A program made the translations under genes and the position numbers. Positions 13,601 through 26,459 of a DNA stretch of 64,000 bases are shown here, piece by piece. The stretch comes from Ptychomitrium polyphyllum (Eukaryota), in assembly GCA_973851085.1 (NCBI GenBank), contig OZ316775.1, forward strand, positions 744,001 through 808,000, given 5' to 3'. How positions within the stretch are numbered: position 1 is the stretch's first letter; each line of letters begins with the position of its first letter. The notes under the pieces were generated by a model. The model ran no database searches. It saw only the letters and a list, made by a program, of their open reading frames with translations, and had not been told where the DNA came from.

Positions 13601-14590
13601 TCCTAATAGAAATGGTAGAGGGACTTGGAGAGTGAGAACGGGGGTTAACCATGTGCATGTGGGGGTGTACAGGGTTGACACGCGTAACGCTTGCTAAGGT
13701 GCATTACAAGGGTTGCGACATACATAGACTATCAAATGATATTATAATTGATTCAAGGCCGCAATTCATTTCCAACTTTTGGAGGGCTCTATTTTAGCTA
13801 TTGCTTGTGAAGATTAATCTTTCTTTAGCACACCATTTGCAGAATAATGGTCAAATCAAACGTATGAATGAAATTGCAACAATACCTTTGTTATAGCATA
13901 AACTACCACCAAGACAACTAGATGGACTTCTTATCATTAGCAAAGTTTGCTTACAACAGTATGATACATTTTTTGATAATACAAAGTCCATTTAAATTAT
14001 GGTCATTTATCTCAAGCAGATCCATTTCAAATGAAGCATGTTAGAAATTTTGTAGTAGAGGATTTTGTAGCTCAACTTGCCAAAATCCACCAAAAACTTG
14101 TTTTCTAGTTACAACAAAGTTAAGATCAGTACAAAATTTATAAACATTGTCATTGGAAGGACTATACAAAATTTAAGGTTGAAAATAGCGTGTGGCTCCT
14201 ACAACAAAACATACAAACATTAATGCCGCTGAAGAAGCTGGACTATTAAAGGCTAGGACCATTTGAAATAAGCAAAAAAATAAATCAGATTAGCTATTGT
14301 CTTAAATTACCACCAATCATGCAAATTCATCTAGTGATCCACTTATTTTGTTGGAAACCTACAACAAGTTATGTATACTAGACAGGTTTGTTTCTGTGCT
14401 TCCTCTTGTCAAAATCATTAATGAAATGAAGTATGAAGTCAAAGAGATATTAGATTCATGTATCAAGAATGGACATGTAAAGTTCTTTACACATTGACAA
14501 GAATAAGACATGAATGTCCAAACATAGGAACCTTCGATGAATATAACAAATGCATCTGTCAGGATACACAAATTTCATCAAAGATATCTC
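10610..14590 (+). pseudogene. Degenerate pol, copy A: protease, RT start, RNase H, integrase, chromodomain
   Basis: AFLDTSATKCFI (protease), FVKKKNGSLHICVDYRG (RT start; the core is deleted near 11460), DQELLAIVDAFEEWRHLL (RH), PWLSLSMDLITDLP/IVVDQFIKMAHFIP (INT), YEVKEILDS...EP..NITNA...FHQRY (chromodomain). Confidence 0.85.
12577..13720. mobile_element. Solo LTR (1144 bp) of a second gypsy-like family inserted in integrase
   Basis: TGTTGC...GCGACA termini; perfect 5-bp TSD TACAT (12572-12576 and 13721-13725); homologous in reverse orientation to 21096-22258; visibly higher GC than the host. Confidence 0.85.
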
Positions 14591-15283
14591 AAAAACAAGG
14601 TCATTGATGACATGTTATAATAATCAATAGCTGTTAGCTTGACAAAGAATCATTTCTATAAACAAGTATAAGAAAGGGAGAGAAATATCCATCTTTCAGT
14701 TGTATGCAACATTATTTCCAATATAGATCATCTTCAAATCCTAGCTAATTTGTCAAATCTTTGTGTTATTATGAATATGCATGAAGAGCAATTGGTCATA
14801 CTTTCTTCAACAATAGCATCTATTGAACCAATTAAACTTGCTCGACCTTCAGTACCGGAGAATCTAAGTCAAGATATGAAAGAGACATTCCTATGTTGAA
14901 AGAGACATTCTAACATTGAATGCAACCTTATGCAGAATTATTAGCTAGTGGCCTTTCACATTCCAGTCTTGATTCAGATGCTCAAGTTCTATCATCTTAT
15001 TAAAAATTGGAAGGGTCAATCTTACAGAATCAAAGATCCTATTTGAAGGATGTTTTGAAAGATTTAATCAAGATCAAATCCTAAATTGGGGCATTTAAAT
15101 AATAAAAATCTTGGCCGGAAATCACCAACACTTTTTGCAAGGACCAGTTGAGCTAGTGGACAAAGAACAAAAAGCAAAATGTATTTGTTTATCTTTGTTG
15201 ACAAATTTTGGAATTTGTAGAAATATGACAAGTAAGCCACAAGAGAAGTTCCTTATAAAACTTGTCATTAAAAGAGGAAGTAA

Positions 15284-16101
15284 TGTCATGGATATATATC
15301 ATGCAACATAATCTTCAAAGCCTTCAAGTGTCATGGACATATATATTAGAAATATCTAGAAAGGTTCTTAAAAGGTTTAGGAATTTTTCAAGGAAGTTAC
15401 CTAAGCTTAAGCAGCTTCTAAAGAAATAACTTGAAGTTGCTTGAGTACAAAGCAATATAGTAGAAGCTTCTAAGGCTTGTAGTCTTAGTATATAGAAGTC
15501 AAGGCTGAAAGAATCTTCAGACTCCACAATACATTTCTTGTGGTCTAGCTTAGATCTTTTGGCCTTGTGTTTGTATTTTGTTATATTTTTTTACTCCAAA
15601 TATACCTTGGACATATTTTGTTCCTTATTTAGAAACTTTGTCTTATCATTACTTTAGCCATAATATCTAGAATCTTTTGCTACACTATGGTGGCTACTTA
15701 AAATATTTTTAATACTTCCATAGACGTTTAATCTCCTTGTCAAACTTCCTAAGAAGTTTTCATACCGATGGAAAGCTTCCTAAGAGGATTATACTTTTTA
15801 AAAAACTTCCTAGAAATGTTCCATCACCTTAGAAAATTTCTTAGGAAGGTTCCATTGATTTCTAAAACATTCTTAAGCTTTGTAACAAGCTTCTTTAGAA
15901 GTATCCTAGATGATACAAGCGTCATTGTATACACAGGAGGCAAGATAAGGTATGCCTTAGTCTTCCCAACACAAGCTGTGGATCATATTGTATCATGCCT
16001 TCTTCTAATCTTTGTATCAGTTCTTATTACTCATTAGTTTTCTATTAGCTGATTCTTAGAAAATACTTTGTCTCTGCTTTTTACTTATTATGCCCTTAAC
16101 A
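15284..16101 (+). repeat. LTR2 (3' LTR of copy A), interrupted by a nested solo LTR
   Basis: Preceded by the polypurine tract AAAAGAGGAAG (15270-15280); starts TGTCATGGATATATATCATGCAAC and ends CCCTTAACA. Confidence 0.75.
15329..15665. mobile_element. Short solo LTR (about 337 bp) nested in LTR2
   Basis: Starts TGTCATGGAC; flanks TCAAG/TCTAG (5-bp TSD, one mismatch); removing it restores colinearity with LTR1. Confidence 0.55.
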
Positions 16102-17870
16102 AAATACATAGCAATAGATTACTTGCAATTGTAGATGCGTTTGAAGATTGATAATATTTATTAGAAGGAGCTCAATGTATTATCACAATATGCACAAACA
16201 ACAAGAATTTGGAATACTTTATAAATGCAAATGTTCTAGATCGCCATCAAGCAAAGTGGAATATATCACTTTTCAAACTTGACTTTGTCATTACTTATTG
16301 ACCTTGTATCTTTCAAGGTAAAAGAAATGTGCTATCTCAAAGATCTTATTTGGCTTTCAAATGTGGAGGTGAAAATTTGGATCAATATAGGACTATTTTG
16401 TTGAAGCCTTAGAATTTTCAATTAAACGCATTAACCATTGTCACAACATCCTATCTTAATAATCTTTGAAGGACTTTGAGGAATAATATCTTTGTTTCAA
16501 ATATGAAGAAGCACCTAAAAGACAACAAAAATCCTTCAAATAGTGATGAAAGTTTTTAATTTCAAATGGACCTATTTTAGGTATAAAAGAATTTTGTTCC
16601 TACCTCTAAGACCTTTATGATTGAAAATCCTTCAATCATACCATGATTTTCTAGTGGCAAGGCATTTTGGATTCAATAAAAAAATGGAGCTAATTCTTAG
16701 AGACTATTAATAGCCACAAATGTAGAAATCTTGTGAAGGATTTTATTTGATTATGCAACAATTGCACAAGGGCCAAGATACCAAGACACCAACCTTATGG
16801 TCATTCCATCTTTTTGTAGTGCCAAAAGATCCATAGTTGCTTTGTCATTGGATTTTATTAAGAACTTTTTCAATTATAATTTTAAGGAATCTATTCTAAT
16901 AGTAGTGGATTGATTCATTGAGATGGTGCATTTCATTCCATTTAACAAGACAGTAATGGAAGAAGAAATGGCCAAGTTCTTGCTAAATCACATCTACTAC
17001 ATACATGGATTACCGAATAATATTCTTCATTGAGATTAGCAGTTCATTTCCAACTTTTGGAAAGCTTTAATTTAGTTGTTGCATGTAAAAAATAACCTTT
17101 CATTAGTATACCATTTGCAAATTGATGGTCAAAACAAATATGTGAATCAAATTTTGGAACAATACCTTTGTTGCAATATAAACTACCACCAAGACAATTG
17201 AATGGACTTCTTATCTTTGACAGAGTTTTCTCCTAATAATTTGATGCATTCTTCAACAAGAAAAAGTCAATTCATTGCAAACTATGGCCATCATCCTTAA
17301 GCAAATTCAATTCAAGTGAAGCATGTTAGAAGATTTTGCAGCTCAACTTGCTAAAATCTACCAAAAACTTGCTTTCCAATTACAAAAAGCTCAAGATTGG
17401 TATAAAACTTATGAAAATTGTCATTGGAAGGACCATGCAAAATTCAAAGTTGAAGATAGCGTATGGCTCCTATGACAAAACATACAAATAAGAAGACTGT
17501 AAAAGAAGTTGGACTGTCAAAGGCTTGGGCCGTTTGAAATAAGCAAATAAATAAATCCAATTAGTTATTGCTTCAAACTACCAGTCTACGACTAACCATG
17601 CAGATTCATCCAATGTTTCATGTATCTATATTAAAAACCTACAATAAATCATACACATTAGGGAGGTTTGATTCTCAGCCTCCTTTGGTGGAAATCAATA
17701 ATGAAATGAAGTATGAAGTTAAAAGATTTTAAATTCACACATCAAAAATAGACATGTAGAATACCTTGTACATTGGCAAGGATATAACATCAATGATCAT
17801 ATATAGAAACCTTCAATGAATGTGACAAATGCATCTAAGAAGGTATGCAAATTCCATCAAAGATATCCTC
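16102..17870 (+). pseudogene. Degenerate pol, copy B: partial RNase H, integrase, chromodomain
   Basis: Colinear diverged homologue of about 11670-14590: LLAIVDAFED, IVVD*FIEMVHFIPF, EYLVHWQGY..ND chromodomain. Confidence 0.85.
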
Positions 17871-18530
17871 CAAAATCAAATCATTGATGACGTATTATAA
17901 TAAATCAATAGCCGTTAGCTTCACGGAAAAGATATTTCCATACACAAATATAAGAAGGAAGAAGTAATATCCAACCTTAAATTGTATACATCATTATTTC
18001 CAAGATAGATCATCTTTAGATCTTATTTAATATGTTAAATTTTTGTATTATCATGGATATGAGTGAAGAACAATTGACCGAGCCTTCTTTAATAGCAACA
18101 TCTATTAAACCAATTCAACTTTCTCAACCTTCAAGACCAGAAGATATAAGTCAAGATATAATAGAAGCATTCCAACAATAGAAATATTGGCTGGTTGTCC
18201 ATTACAATTCAGTCTTGATTCAAATGCTTGAGACTTAATCATCTTATTAGAAGTTAAAAAGGTCACTTCAAGAGGATCAAAGAACCTGTTGGAAGGATGT
18301 TTTGAAGAACTTAATTAAGATCAAATCCTGCATTGAAGATATTTCAACAGCAAAAGTCTTGGATAGTGGTTGTTGGCGTTTCTTGCCAGGATTCGTTGAG
18401 CGAGTGGACAAAAAACAACAAATAGACTATTTTGCTTTCTTTTTATGGCAAAATCTAGAATTTATAGAGAAGTGATAAATAAGCCACAATAAAAGTTCAT
18501 CGTAAGATTCTTTGCTAAAGGAAGAAGTCA

Positions 18531-20294
18531 TGTCAAAGATGTGGGCTATAGAATCAGCTCATTATAGATTTTTTCTTAAGAAAACGACAAAATTTAACAT
18601 TGTAGAAGAAATCAGGTTTAATTAGGACAAAAGAAGTTGGATTATAGTTGTTATTAAGAGAAGTAAAGGGCGGGTAGGCAGATGCTCATGGTCCATGGCA
18701 CTTGAGGACAATGCAAGAATGGAATCATAGAAGAAAAGATGAATTCTACAACTTGGATACAATTGCTATTGATTTTAGAACTGCAGCTAAATTTAAAATG
18801 GTAGTGAAAATGCAACTAAATTTAGAACAATAGTGAAAATCTAGAACTGTTGTTGATTTTAGAATTGCAGCTAAATATAAAAAAATAGCTAACTTTAGAG
18901 CAGCAGCTACATTTAGGAAAAAATCAAAGTATGAATTAGGGTCAAGTGGCCTAGAAATTTCAACAAACAGTGAGAATGGAGTAAGGAAGTGAGGTTTCCT
19001 ATAAAAGGAGGGAGAAAGCAAGCAGAAATATACTTAGTTTTTTTTAGCAAACAAGAGTTAATTTGGAGCACACTATTTAGTCTTTTTGAGCAAAAAATAG
19101 TTAAACTTAGAGTTAGGTTTTGGAGTAGTTGGACCATTAGTTTTATACAAGTAGTTTTGAGGAAAGGAGAAATAAGTATTTTGAATAAAACTTTTGAGGT
19201 GTAGAAGAGTTTAGGTATCCAATAGTTAAAGTTGATTTTAGAGGATCAAAATTTTAGCAATATAGGAAGGCAGTTAGGAAAAAGGAAGGTTGACTGTAAA
19301 TAGGGGAAAAGACTTAGGCAAAAAAAATGGCTGACTTTGAACCGCCATAGCTAATTGTAGAATTGGGGGTTGAACTTGAGATTTTGAGGGTTGGAGCGCC
19401 TTGAAGTAAGTTTTCCAACAAGTTATAGGAGGCGCAATTTCAAGAGTTGACAAGACAATGACAAGCAATTGAGCGCCAAGGAGTTTGGAGCCCTATGCGG
19501 AATTTGGAGGCGTAGAAGTTAGAGTTAGTATTTTGTCTTTTTATATTGTTGATGTTAGATCTTTGGCTGATATGCTATCTTTTGAATTGTTGTGGATTCT
19601 TGGCCATTTTGAACCCTAAGGCCTTGAATTTAGGATTGATATTGATGTTGATTAGAATTAAAATCACAATGACAAGGTAAATTTCTCCTAATTATATTTT
19701 TGGACTTAATCACCTTCCATTTAGCCTTTTATTTAGCCACATGTCCTTTTAATTAGTTAACTCTTGTAAGTTGGAAGGTAGCCACTTACAAAAAAAGGTA
19801 AATTTTCAGCTCATGAAAATACCTAGACAAACTAATCTAAACTACAACGTAATTAGGACTATGTGGGCAATTAGTCTTCCCAATTAATGGAAAGATTTAT
19901 TTGGCTCACAAAAGACATAAATCATGCAACATAATCTTTTGAATCTCTTAAAACCTTCTGGAACATTACAGCAGTTTCTTTGAATACTTTCAATGCTTCT
20001 ATAGCCATTCCAATTATTGAAAAACTTCTTAAGAATGTTCCATAGACTTTTAGAATATTATTGAACTTCATAAAAAGCTTCATAAGACGTATTCTAAGAA
20101 ATACAAGCGTTACAATATAACTAGGAAGAAAGCTAAGGTATACCTTAGTCTTACAAATATAAGTTGTGGATCATACTATATTATATCCTTGTACCAGACT
20201 TTGTTTCAATTCTTGTTAATGATTGGTTATATATAAGCTAATTTTTGAAAACCATTTAGTATCAACTACTAGTTTTTTGTATTCTTTATTAATA
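18531..20294 (+). repeat. LTR3 (3' LTR of copy B), split after 9 nt by a solo LTR
   Basis: Purine tract AAAGGAAGAAG before TGTCAAAGA; the LTR resumes at 19916 CATAAATCATGCAAC and ends TTATTAATA. Confidence 0.75.
18540..19910. mobile_element. Solo LTR (1371 bp) of another family
   Basis: TGTGGGC...GCTCACA termini; perfect 5-bp TSD AAAGA (18535-18539 and 19911-19915). Confidence 0.8.
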
Positions 20295-20779
20295 AAGTAC
20301 ACCATTTGACATTTAAAAATCCATAATTGATATAACATAAAAGAAATGGGTACAAATCAAGGCCACATGCAAAAAGAACGTCAAAAATCACTCGTTGTGG
20401 TTTTTCTTTTTAAATTCTACTTCTTCCAGCAATTGCCTTAATTATTACCTAATACAAATTAGTAGAACTTTTGTAAGTCATATAATTATATGGGTGTATT
20501 ATAGTATTGATTCCATGGATCTCATAAGAAGTCCTTCAACACTGTTATCTAAACAACACCAAAACATATTTGAACACTTACACAATGTATACAATATTCT
20601 TTGGAGACAAAGCAATTTGAGGCCTCAAACAATTACTTCCATCTTGCCATAATGAGGAACGTAGGTTGTGCCCCGCCAATTTCAATTCTACTATAGAGCC
20701 AAACTTGAACTTCTATTTCTATTATTCCAAGTGTCATCAAAATTTAATACCATATACAATAGCTTGGTCATGCCTAAAT

Positions 20780-22760
20780 CCACTGAACATATATAATTTG
20801 GTAAAACTCCATTTTTAAACGTATTAAGTATTTGAATGCTGAACGCCAGTGAGTAGGTTAGAATTTACACTCATGTTCTTACAACTTTTATAAGTTTATT
20901 ACCTATTTAAATCTAAAAGGGTTTCAATCACAAATGCCAAAAGTAAAAACTTCCAATAATAGGATTTAAAATACTATAGATTTAAAAATAATATTTCAAT
21001 GATAAGGTTTGGAACATCTTACCACCCATCCTTCCACAAAACAAATTTTCTAATCTATCAATATTTAATACAAACAACTTGGAGCTAAGTCATGTTGTCA
21101 CAACCTTTGCATTGCCCCTTAACAAGCATCCTCTACGCCAATCTTGTACACCTCTATGTGCATTTGGTTAGCCCCCATTTTCACTTACCAAGCCCCAGGC
21201 TTGGTTTTCAATTCTTCCTACTCATTTTTCTTAGGACATTCAATTGGTTGAAAGTCAATGGGTAGGCGCAGACTTCCATTCATATCCAAGGCTTCACTTG
21301 GTATTACTTCCATTCTATACAACCTAACCGCATTTAGTAGTGTTTCCTTACCACCACTCATGATTTCCATATGATCCTATGATCACCTCGGGCCACCATG
21401 GTACCGGCGTGGAGACATCATCTCAAAATAGTGGCACTTTGCGCACACTTGAGAACTCACTAGCTTTCTTTATGAAACTGGCCACTCACCAGCTTACAAT
21501 GGTGTGGCAATCCCCGTGGTGAAGACCCAACACTAACTCCACCCACCGAGACTCCCTCTTGGTTACTACCGGGACACTATGGAAGTAGGGAAGAAGACCA
21601 AACCTCCTTATAGTACTCTTTGTGGGATTTGGCAAGCCCCTAGGCCCTTTGTAGTTGGCCAAATCCCGACACACCCAAAGCTTTAGAAGACCATCCGATC
21701 TTCCTTGGAACTTAATCACTGGGAGCCTCCAGAACTTCCTGCGGACCTTTAGGGTCCCATATCTTCTATGTCCGGTCTTCAAATCTATCAAGAAACCAAC
21801 TTATCGTCATCTACTCTTTGCATAGATGTCGATAAACTCCTCAAACGTCCAATTTGAATTAGTATTTTGGAGGATATGCCTCTCCCAAGGTTTAGGACTC
21901 CTACGAAGTTCCTCCCTACACTGTCCTAGTCTAGCACAGTCCATGATAGCTACAGTCTAGAATAGCCCTTGGTCAGCCCCAATATTGGAGTTCCGTATCT
22001 TCTAGCTCTCTTGTCCAATTTGAGGAATCCTTAGCATTTTAGAATCAATTTATTGTGAGGCATTCAATGCCGCTGGCTTCTTCCTTGTGGCTTTTAGTCT
22101 TTGTGGGCAAAGATGTACCACCCCTTCCTTCGGGACCTTTTCCACACTAGGTCCACTTGGATCAGCTCATCGTCAACACCATAATTCCCGGACGTTATTT
22201 CGGAGTTCCCATTGTCCCTTTAGTATTGCGAGCATTCTTGAAGAAGAGATGTGCGATACATATCCAACCTTTTATTTCTTCTAAAATCTCTTCTAACCTC
22301 TAATGCATAATAATTGGGTGATTTTATTAAAATAATTAGTTGGTGTTGCTAATGATTACCTAAGTTTATTAACTTTTCATTTGTTGAATCACGATTTAGT
22401 ATATTATAAAATTTTGATTGTTACTTTTCAAAGCTCTTGTTTAATGAAGCTATATGCTTTTGTGAGTTCCATTGTGCCTTTGTAAATATCCATAGTAGAT
22501 AAAATATCATTCCTTCTATCCATGATTACTTTAGGAATGTATTGACAACTTTTTGATAATATTCACTTTTCCAAATTATTTTAAAGAGAACTTACCATTT
22601 GAAGTCTAATCTAACCAATCAACACAACCGATCTTTCAAATAATTTTAAAAAATTGCATACCATAATGGAAACAAAGAAAGGTTTATATGGAATAGCAAT
22701 ATAAAAATTTTCATAATACATAACCAATTCTTCATGATTGGCTTCAATTTCTAATTCAAG
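20780..22760 (-). mobile_element. Heavily decayed non-LTR (LINE) reverse transcriptase remnant, interrupted by a solo LTR
   Basis: Ordered minus-strand motifs SIMVCNFLKLFE, MELTKAYSFIKQELL (compare VDxxKAFDxV), KVGYDLAPS/LFVLNIDRLE across the LTR junction (compare KQGCPLSPxLFxLxID) and LLA...C..MSVN. Confidence 0.45.
21096..22258. mobile_element. Solo LTR (about 1163 bp), same family as 12577-13720, opposite orientation
   Basis: Starts TGTCACAACC (reverse complement of the other copy's end, one mismatch); TSD CATGT/CATAT; colinear similarity visible in ORFs 13045-13260 and 21486-21791. Confidence 0.8.
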
Positions 22761-24365
22761 CCAAAATCTTCTGATTAGTCTTATTTTACCTTTGTTTCTA
22801 TTGTATACCAAAACTCAAAATGATTTATCTTGATATTGCTAAAAGAAAATTTTCTCATTGTAAAATTGCACACTTTATTTACAACCTATATATTATTGTA
22901 TTGAATCTTGCTAAATTCTACAGCTATCAAACTTATATACAGTCAAGTTGAGCTACCTTCTTATCTATTAGAGTTTTATGAGAATCATTTAATTTTTTTT
23001 TTATTGTTCCCAATAGATTGGAACTTTGTACATGCCTAAATACAAAGGTAATGGTAAAGGTAGCCATTCATACTATATTTTTCATAAAAACTATCATTTG
23101 AAATGATATGAAAAACGCTACAATTAACAATAAATTTTGATTACCTTCCTCGAAACATTCATAAACATTTAAACATGAACGATGCCTACATTCTTTCTAT
23201 GCGATTTGCATGGTGCTAAGAAACTGAAAGGGAACACCTCAAACACCTTCACAAGCATACACTTTTGCAAAAAGTATCATTCTTCTATCACCAAAGCAAT
23301 TCATCCATACATTTGGAAAAGGTGATGGCAATAAGAAACAGGAGGAAGTGATAGCAATAACTGTGATATGGATTTCCAACAATTTTGCCCAATGACAGAC
23401 TCTTACCATCTTAGGATTGCACTACAGCTCGCAACGAATTCCACAAGCAAATTTTACTGAGCACTGAGCACTGAGCACTTCCACAATCCTCCATGATCAC
23501 AAAGGCATATGGCAATGAGAGCATGGAGGCATGAGTGTAGTCCTGGTGACTTGGCATGTAAACTCTCGCAAGCTGCGGTGTAACCACACGGCTTTCCGTA
23601 TGGGTCACATCTTGACGAGTTAGAAAGAGGGTTTTCCCAGAATGCTCTGCACATACGCCACTTTGAGGGGTGGGACAAGGGTACCCCTACAGCGCTGCTC
23701 TATAATGCCATGGGTTCAAAGGGGTCGTATGACGATCGTCAGGAGCTCCACGCCAGCAGCCGTGTCCGCAGCCAGCTAGGACGCACTGCAGCAATCCAGG
23801 CAGCAAGTGTCGCATGGCTACACTGAGAACTGCTCATCCATCTGGTCCCCACCAACAACAGCGCCCACATGGAAAGCCCAAGCGAAGCTTCACCTTGTCA
23901 GCTTTGCCTGCAATGCTCCGACCCGGGGAAGCCATCGTTGTTGCCCGCTGGTTCATGCCACGGTGCTGTAGATCGCCCTCATCCCTTGCAACCTCCTGCT
24001 TGTATAAGCTGCAAGTGCTTCGTCACCTTCACCTGCAGTTCCATTTCTACATGTGTGCACCGAAGCTGCGAGCTTTAGTCCAAGGTCGCCCACTCTGAAG
24101 CCCCCTCCTGAAGGTGAACTGGTGTCTATCGTTTCCTGCGTGCTTTAGAGCGGACTGGTGCGATTGCCTCCAGATATGCATGGGAAGTGAGAATTATGTG
24201 TAGAGTCCTCGAGTTTTTGCTGTTGTAGTTTACCTTTCTTTTCCCGGGGGCGGTATGGTGATCTGACCGTGCTGCTGGGTGTTGGTGACTGGACGGTGTT
24301 TCGTAATGTGGGAATCCAGGATTTTGTCACCAGCGCTTCGTTCGGCGAAGCTAGCGAACGGATCA

Positions 24366-25718
24366 ATGGCGTCGAAGATTCAGTATTATGGGTTGGCCAC
24401 GCCCAACGGCCAGAAGGTGAGCTTTGTCGCGACGCGGCGTTCGTTGTCTGGAAGGGTTAGGCTCGGTGTTCACACTGAGTACATCGTAGTATCGCAGTTG
24501 TGCTTTGCTGAGAGAAGGTGCTGCTTTGAGGCATTTGATCACGCTTGCGGTGGGCATGCATTATTTTAATCCGTCGAGGGCACGTGGTGGGTGTTTTAGT
24601 GCGCGACTGTCACTTCAATTATGTGTGAAATGACCTTTTGGTGTCGAGTGGATTACCGTTTACATGCGACATCATCTCCATCATCTCCATTGCTGCTTGC
24701 CTCGGATTGTTAGAATGGTGACTTCCCCGGATGCCGCAGCTCGTATCAGCTCGTACCGAGCCCTAAGTCTTGCTTGGTTGACACAGGTTAGTGTAGCTCT
24801 TGAAGAGATGGATCTGGAGTACGAGCCACATACCATCAACATCATGAAGAACGACCAGTTTACACCGGAGTTCATTGCTATCAATCCAAACTCCAAGATT
24901 CCTGCTATTGTCGATCCCAACGGTCCAGGTCAGCGGACATGCTGTCGCAGTGTTCGATTTCAGAGATCTAGAGAAACCTCAGGTGTTTAGGATGAAGTCG
25001 GAACTATCTCTGCGCAGGTTGTCTCTTTTGCCTAGCGTCGATTATGAGTTGTCAAGGGTACGGGAGCACTTGTTCACTTGATAATGCAACTGTTGGAGTG
25101 TGGCAGACGGAAAAGAGTTCAACTGCTTTGAGAGCGGTGCAATCTTGCTGTACCTTGCAGAGAAGACTGGGAAATTCTTGTCTCCTAACCCTCGCCTGAA
25201 ATGGGAAACCATCCAGTGGGTAATGTTCCAGATGGGTGGGGTCGGGCCAATGTTCGGGCAGGTATGATCAGCTCCCGAACGATCTCGATCTTTTCAGCTT
25301 TTGCCTTCGAGTCGTTTTATAGACAGGGCCCCTGGGCTGCGTGCAAGACTCAACTGTGGTAGGTCAGCATGATCTCTTTCGACTAATTTGTGCTGCATGT
25401 TTTATCCAGTTCGGCCATTTCTTCAAGTATGCCAAGGACAAGTGCCAGGACCCATACCCGGTGGAGCGGTACACCAACGAAGCCAAGCGTTTGTTAGGCG
25501 TCGTGGAGAAGCGCCTGGAGGGTCGGGAGTTTATCATCGACGACGGATACTCCATTGCTGACATGGCTATCTTTCCATGGGTTGCATGTCTGGAGACGGG
25601 TTACCACGGGGGTGAGAAGCTTGGGCTAAAGAGTTTTCCCAAGGTCATGGCATGGAAGAGCAGATGCTTGGAGCGCCCAAAGACTGCCAAAGGCATGACA
25701 GTGTGCCCGTTCAACTAG
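24366..25718 (+). CDS. Glutathione S-transferase, Ure2p/Nu (YfcG-like) class, 218 aa; exons 24366-24416, 24787-24928, 25107-25261, 25410-25718
   Basis: GT-AG introns give an open frame: [25 protein letters not shown]...[38 protein letters not shown]...[19 protein letters not shown]...[11 protein letters not shown]. The TPN motif is typical of the class. Confidence 0.92.
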
Positions 25719-26459
25719 TTTTTCCGACGGAAACCCTATAGCGTGTAAACTGATAAGAGTGGATCACTCGCCAGAGCGGCATGCCTGGTGGAACGCTGAT
25801 ATTCCACTAGACTTGTTTGTAAAGACGATAGTGTTGTGTACAGAGAGTGGTTTCTCTCAGGTTCTTGCCATTTATGTCGTCTCGGTGCTGTGGTCCTTAG
25901 CGTTCAAGTTTGTCCTGTATGGGGTGATGGCTAGGATGTTGAACGGACATGCAGCACATGTTCGGGTTTGGACTCTTCTGATAAGCCTCGGAGATTCGGA
26001 CGTCTTAGAACTATCTCCCTCTCTGGTTTTGTGTCGTCAGCTCCCACACTATTCGTGGGTACCTAATGCGATCATTCAATGGTGTTTCCGGCTATGTGTT
26101 CCGAACCTGAACGCTGAGATTCTTTCATCGCAACCGCCGGTCTTCTGCAATCTATCTCCAGGCGACAATGTTCAGTAGTTGGAGTAACTCGCTATACGCT
26201 CGGGATTGGGATGTGGCAAGCCAGAAAAAGTTGGACTTCCAAGCATGGTGGTCAAGTCAAGATGACGACTCGGCTGCACGCACTTCCGCCTCAGACGGCG
26301 AAAGCCCTACGAACCCTTTGTGGATTTTCTGCTTTGTGGAAGCTTTGGTAACTCCTTGTGGTCTTTCTCGAATGTTTTTGCCGTTCAAACCGATTCTATA
26401 TATTTTCCTAACGATGTTACTTAGAGTCGAGTCTGTCCATGAAGTTCGATGACTTGACG

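Larger units (their letters stand above)
7061..20294 (+). mobile_element. Degenerate composite Ty3/gypsy chromovirus (Tcn1-like) with three LTRs and nested insertions
   Basis: Order is LTR1-gag-PR-(RT deleted)-RH-INT-chromodomain-PPT-LTR2-partial RH-INT-chromodomain-PPT-LTR3. AAGT flanks both ends (7057-7060 and 20295-20298). Many stops and frameshifts. Confidence 0.85.

Noticed and set aside
12804..13697. ORFs such as 13045-13260, similar to 21486-21791, as a conserved gene
   Set aside because: Both lie inside two copies of the same solo LTR; the similarity is at the DNA level.
24366..25718. Bacterial contamination as the source of the GST
   Set aside because: It has three spliceosomal introns and is contiguous with plant genes and plant TEs.
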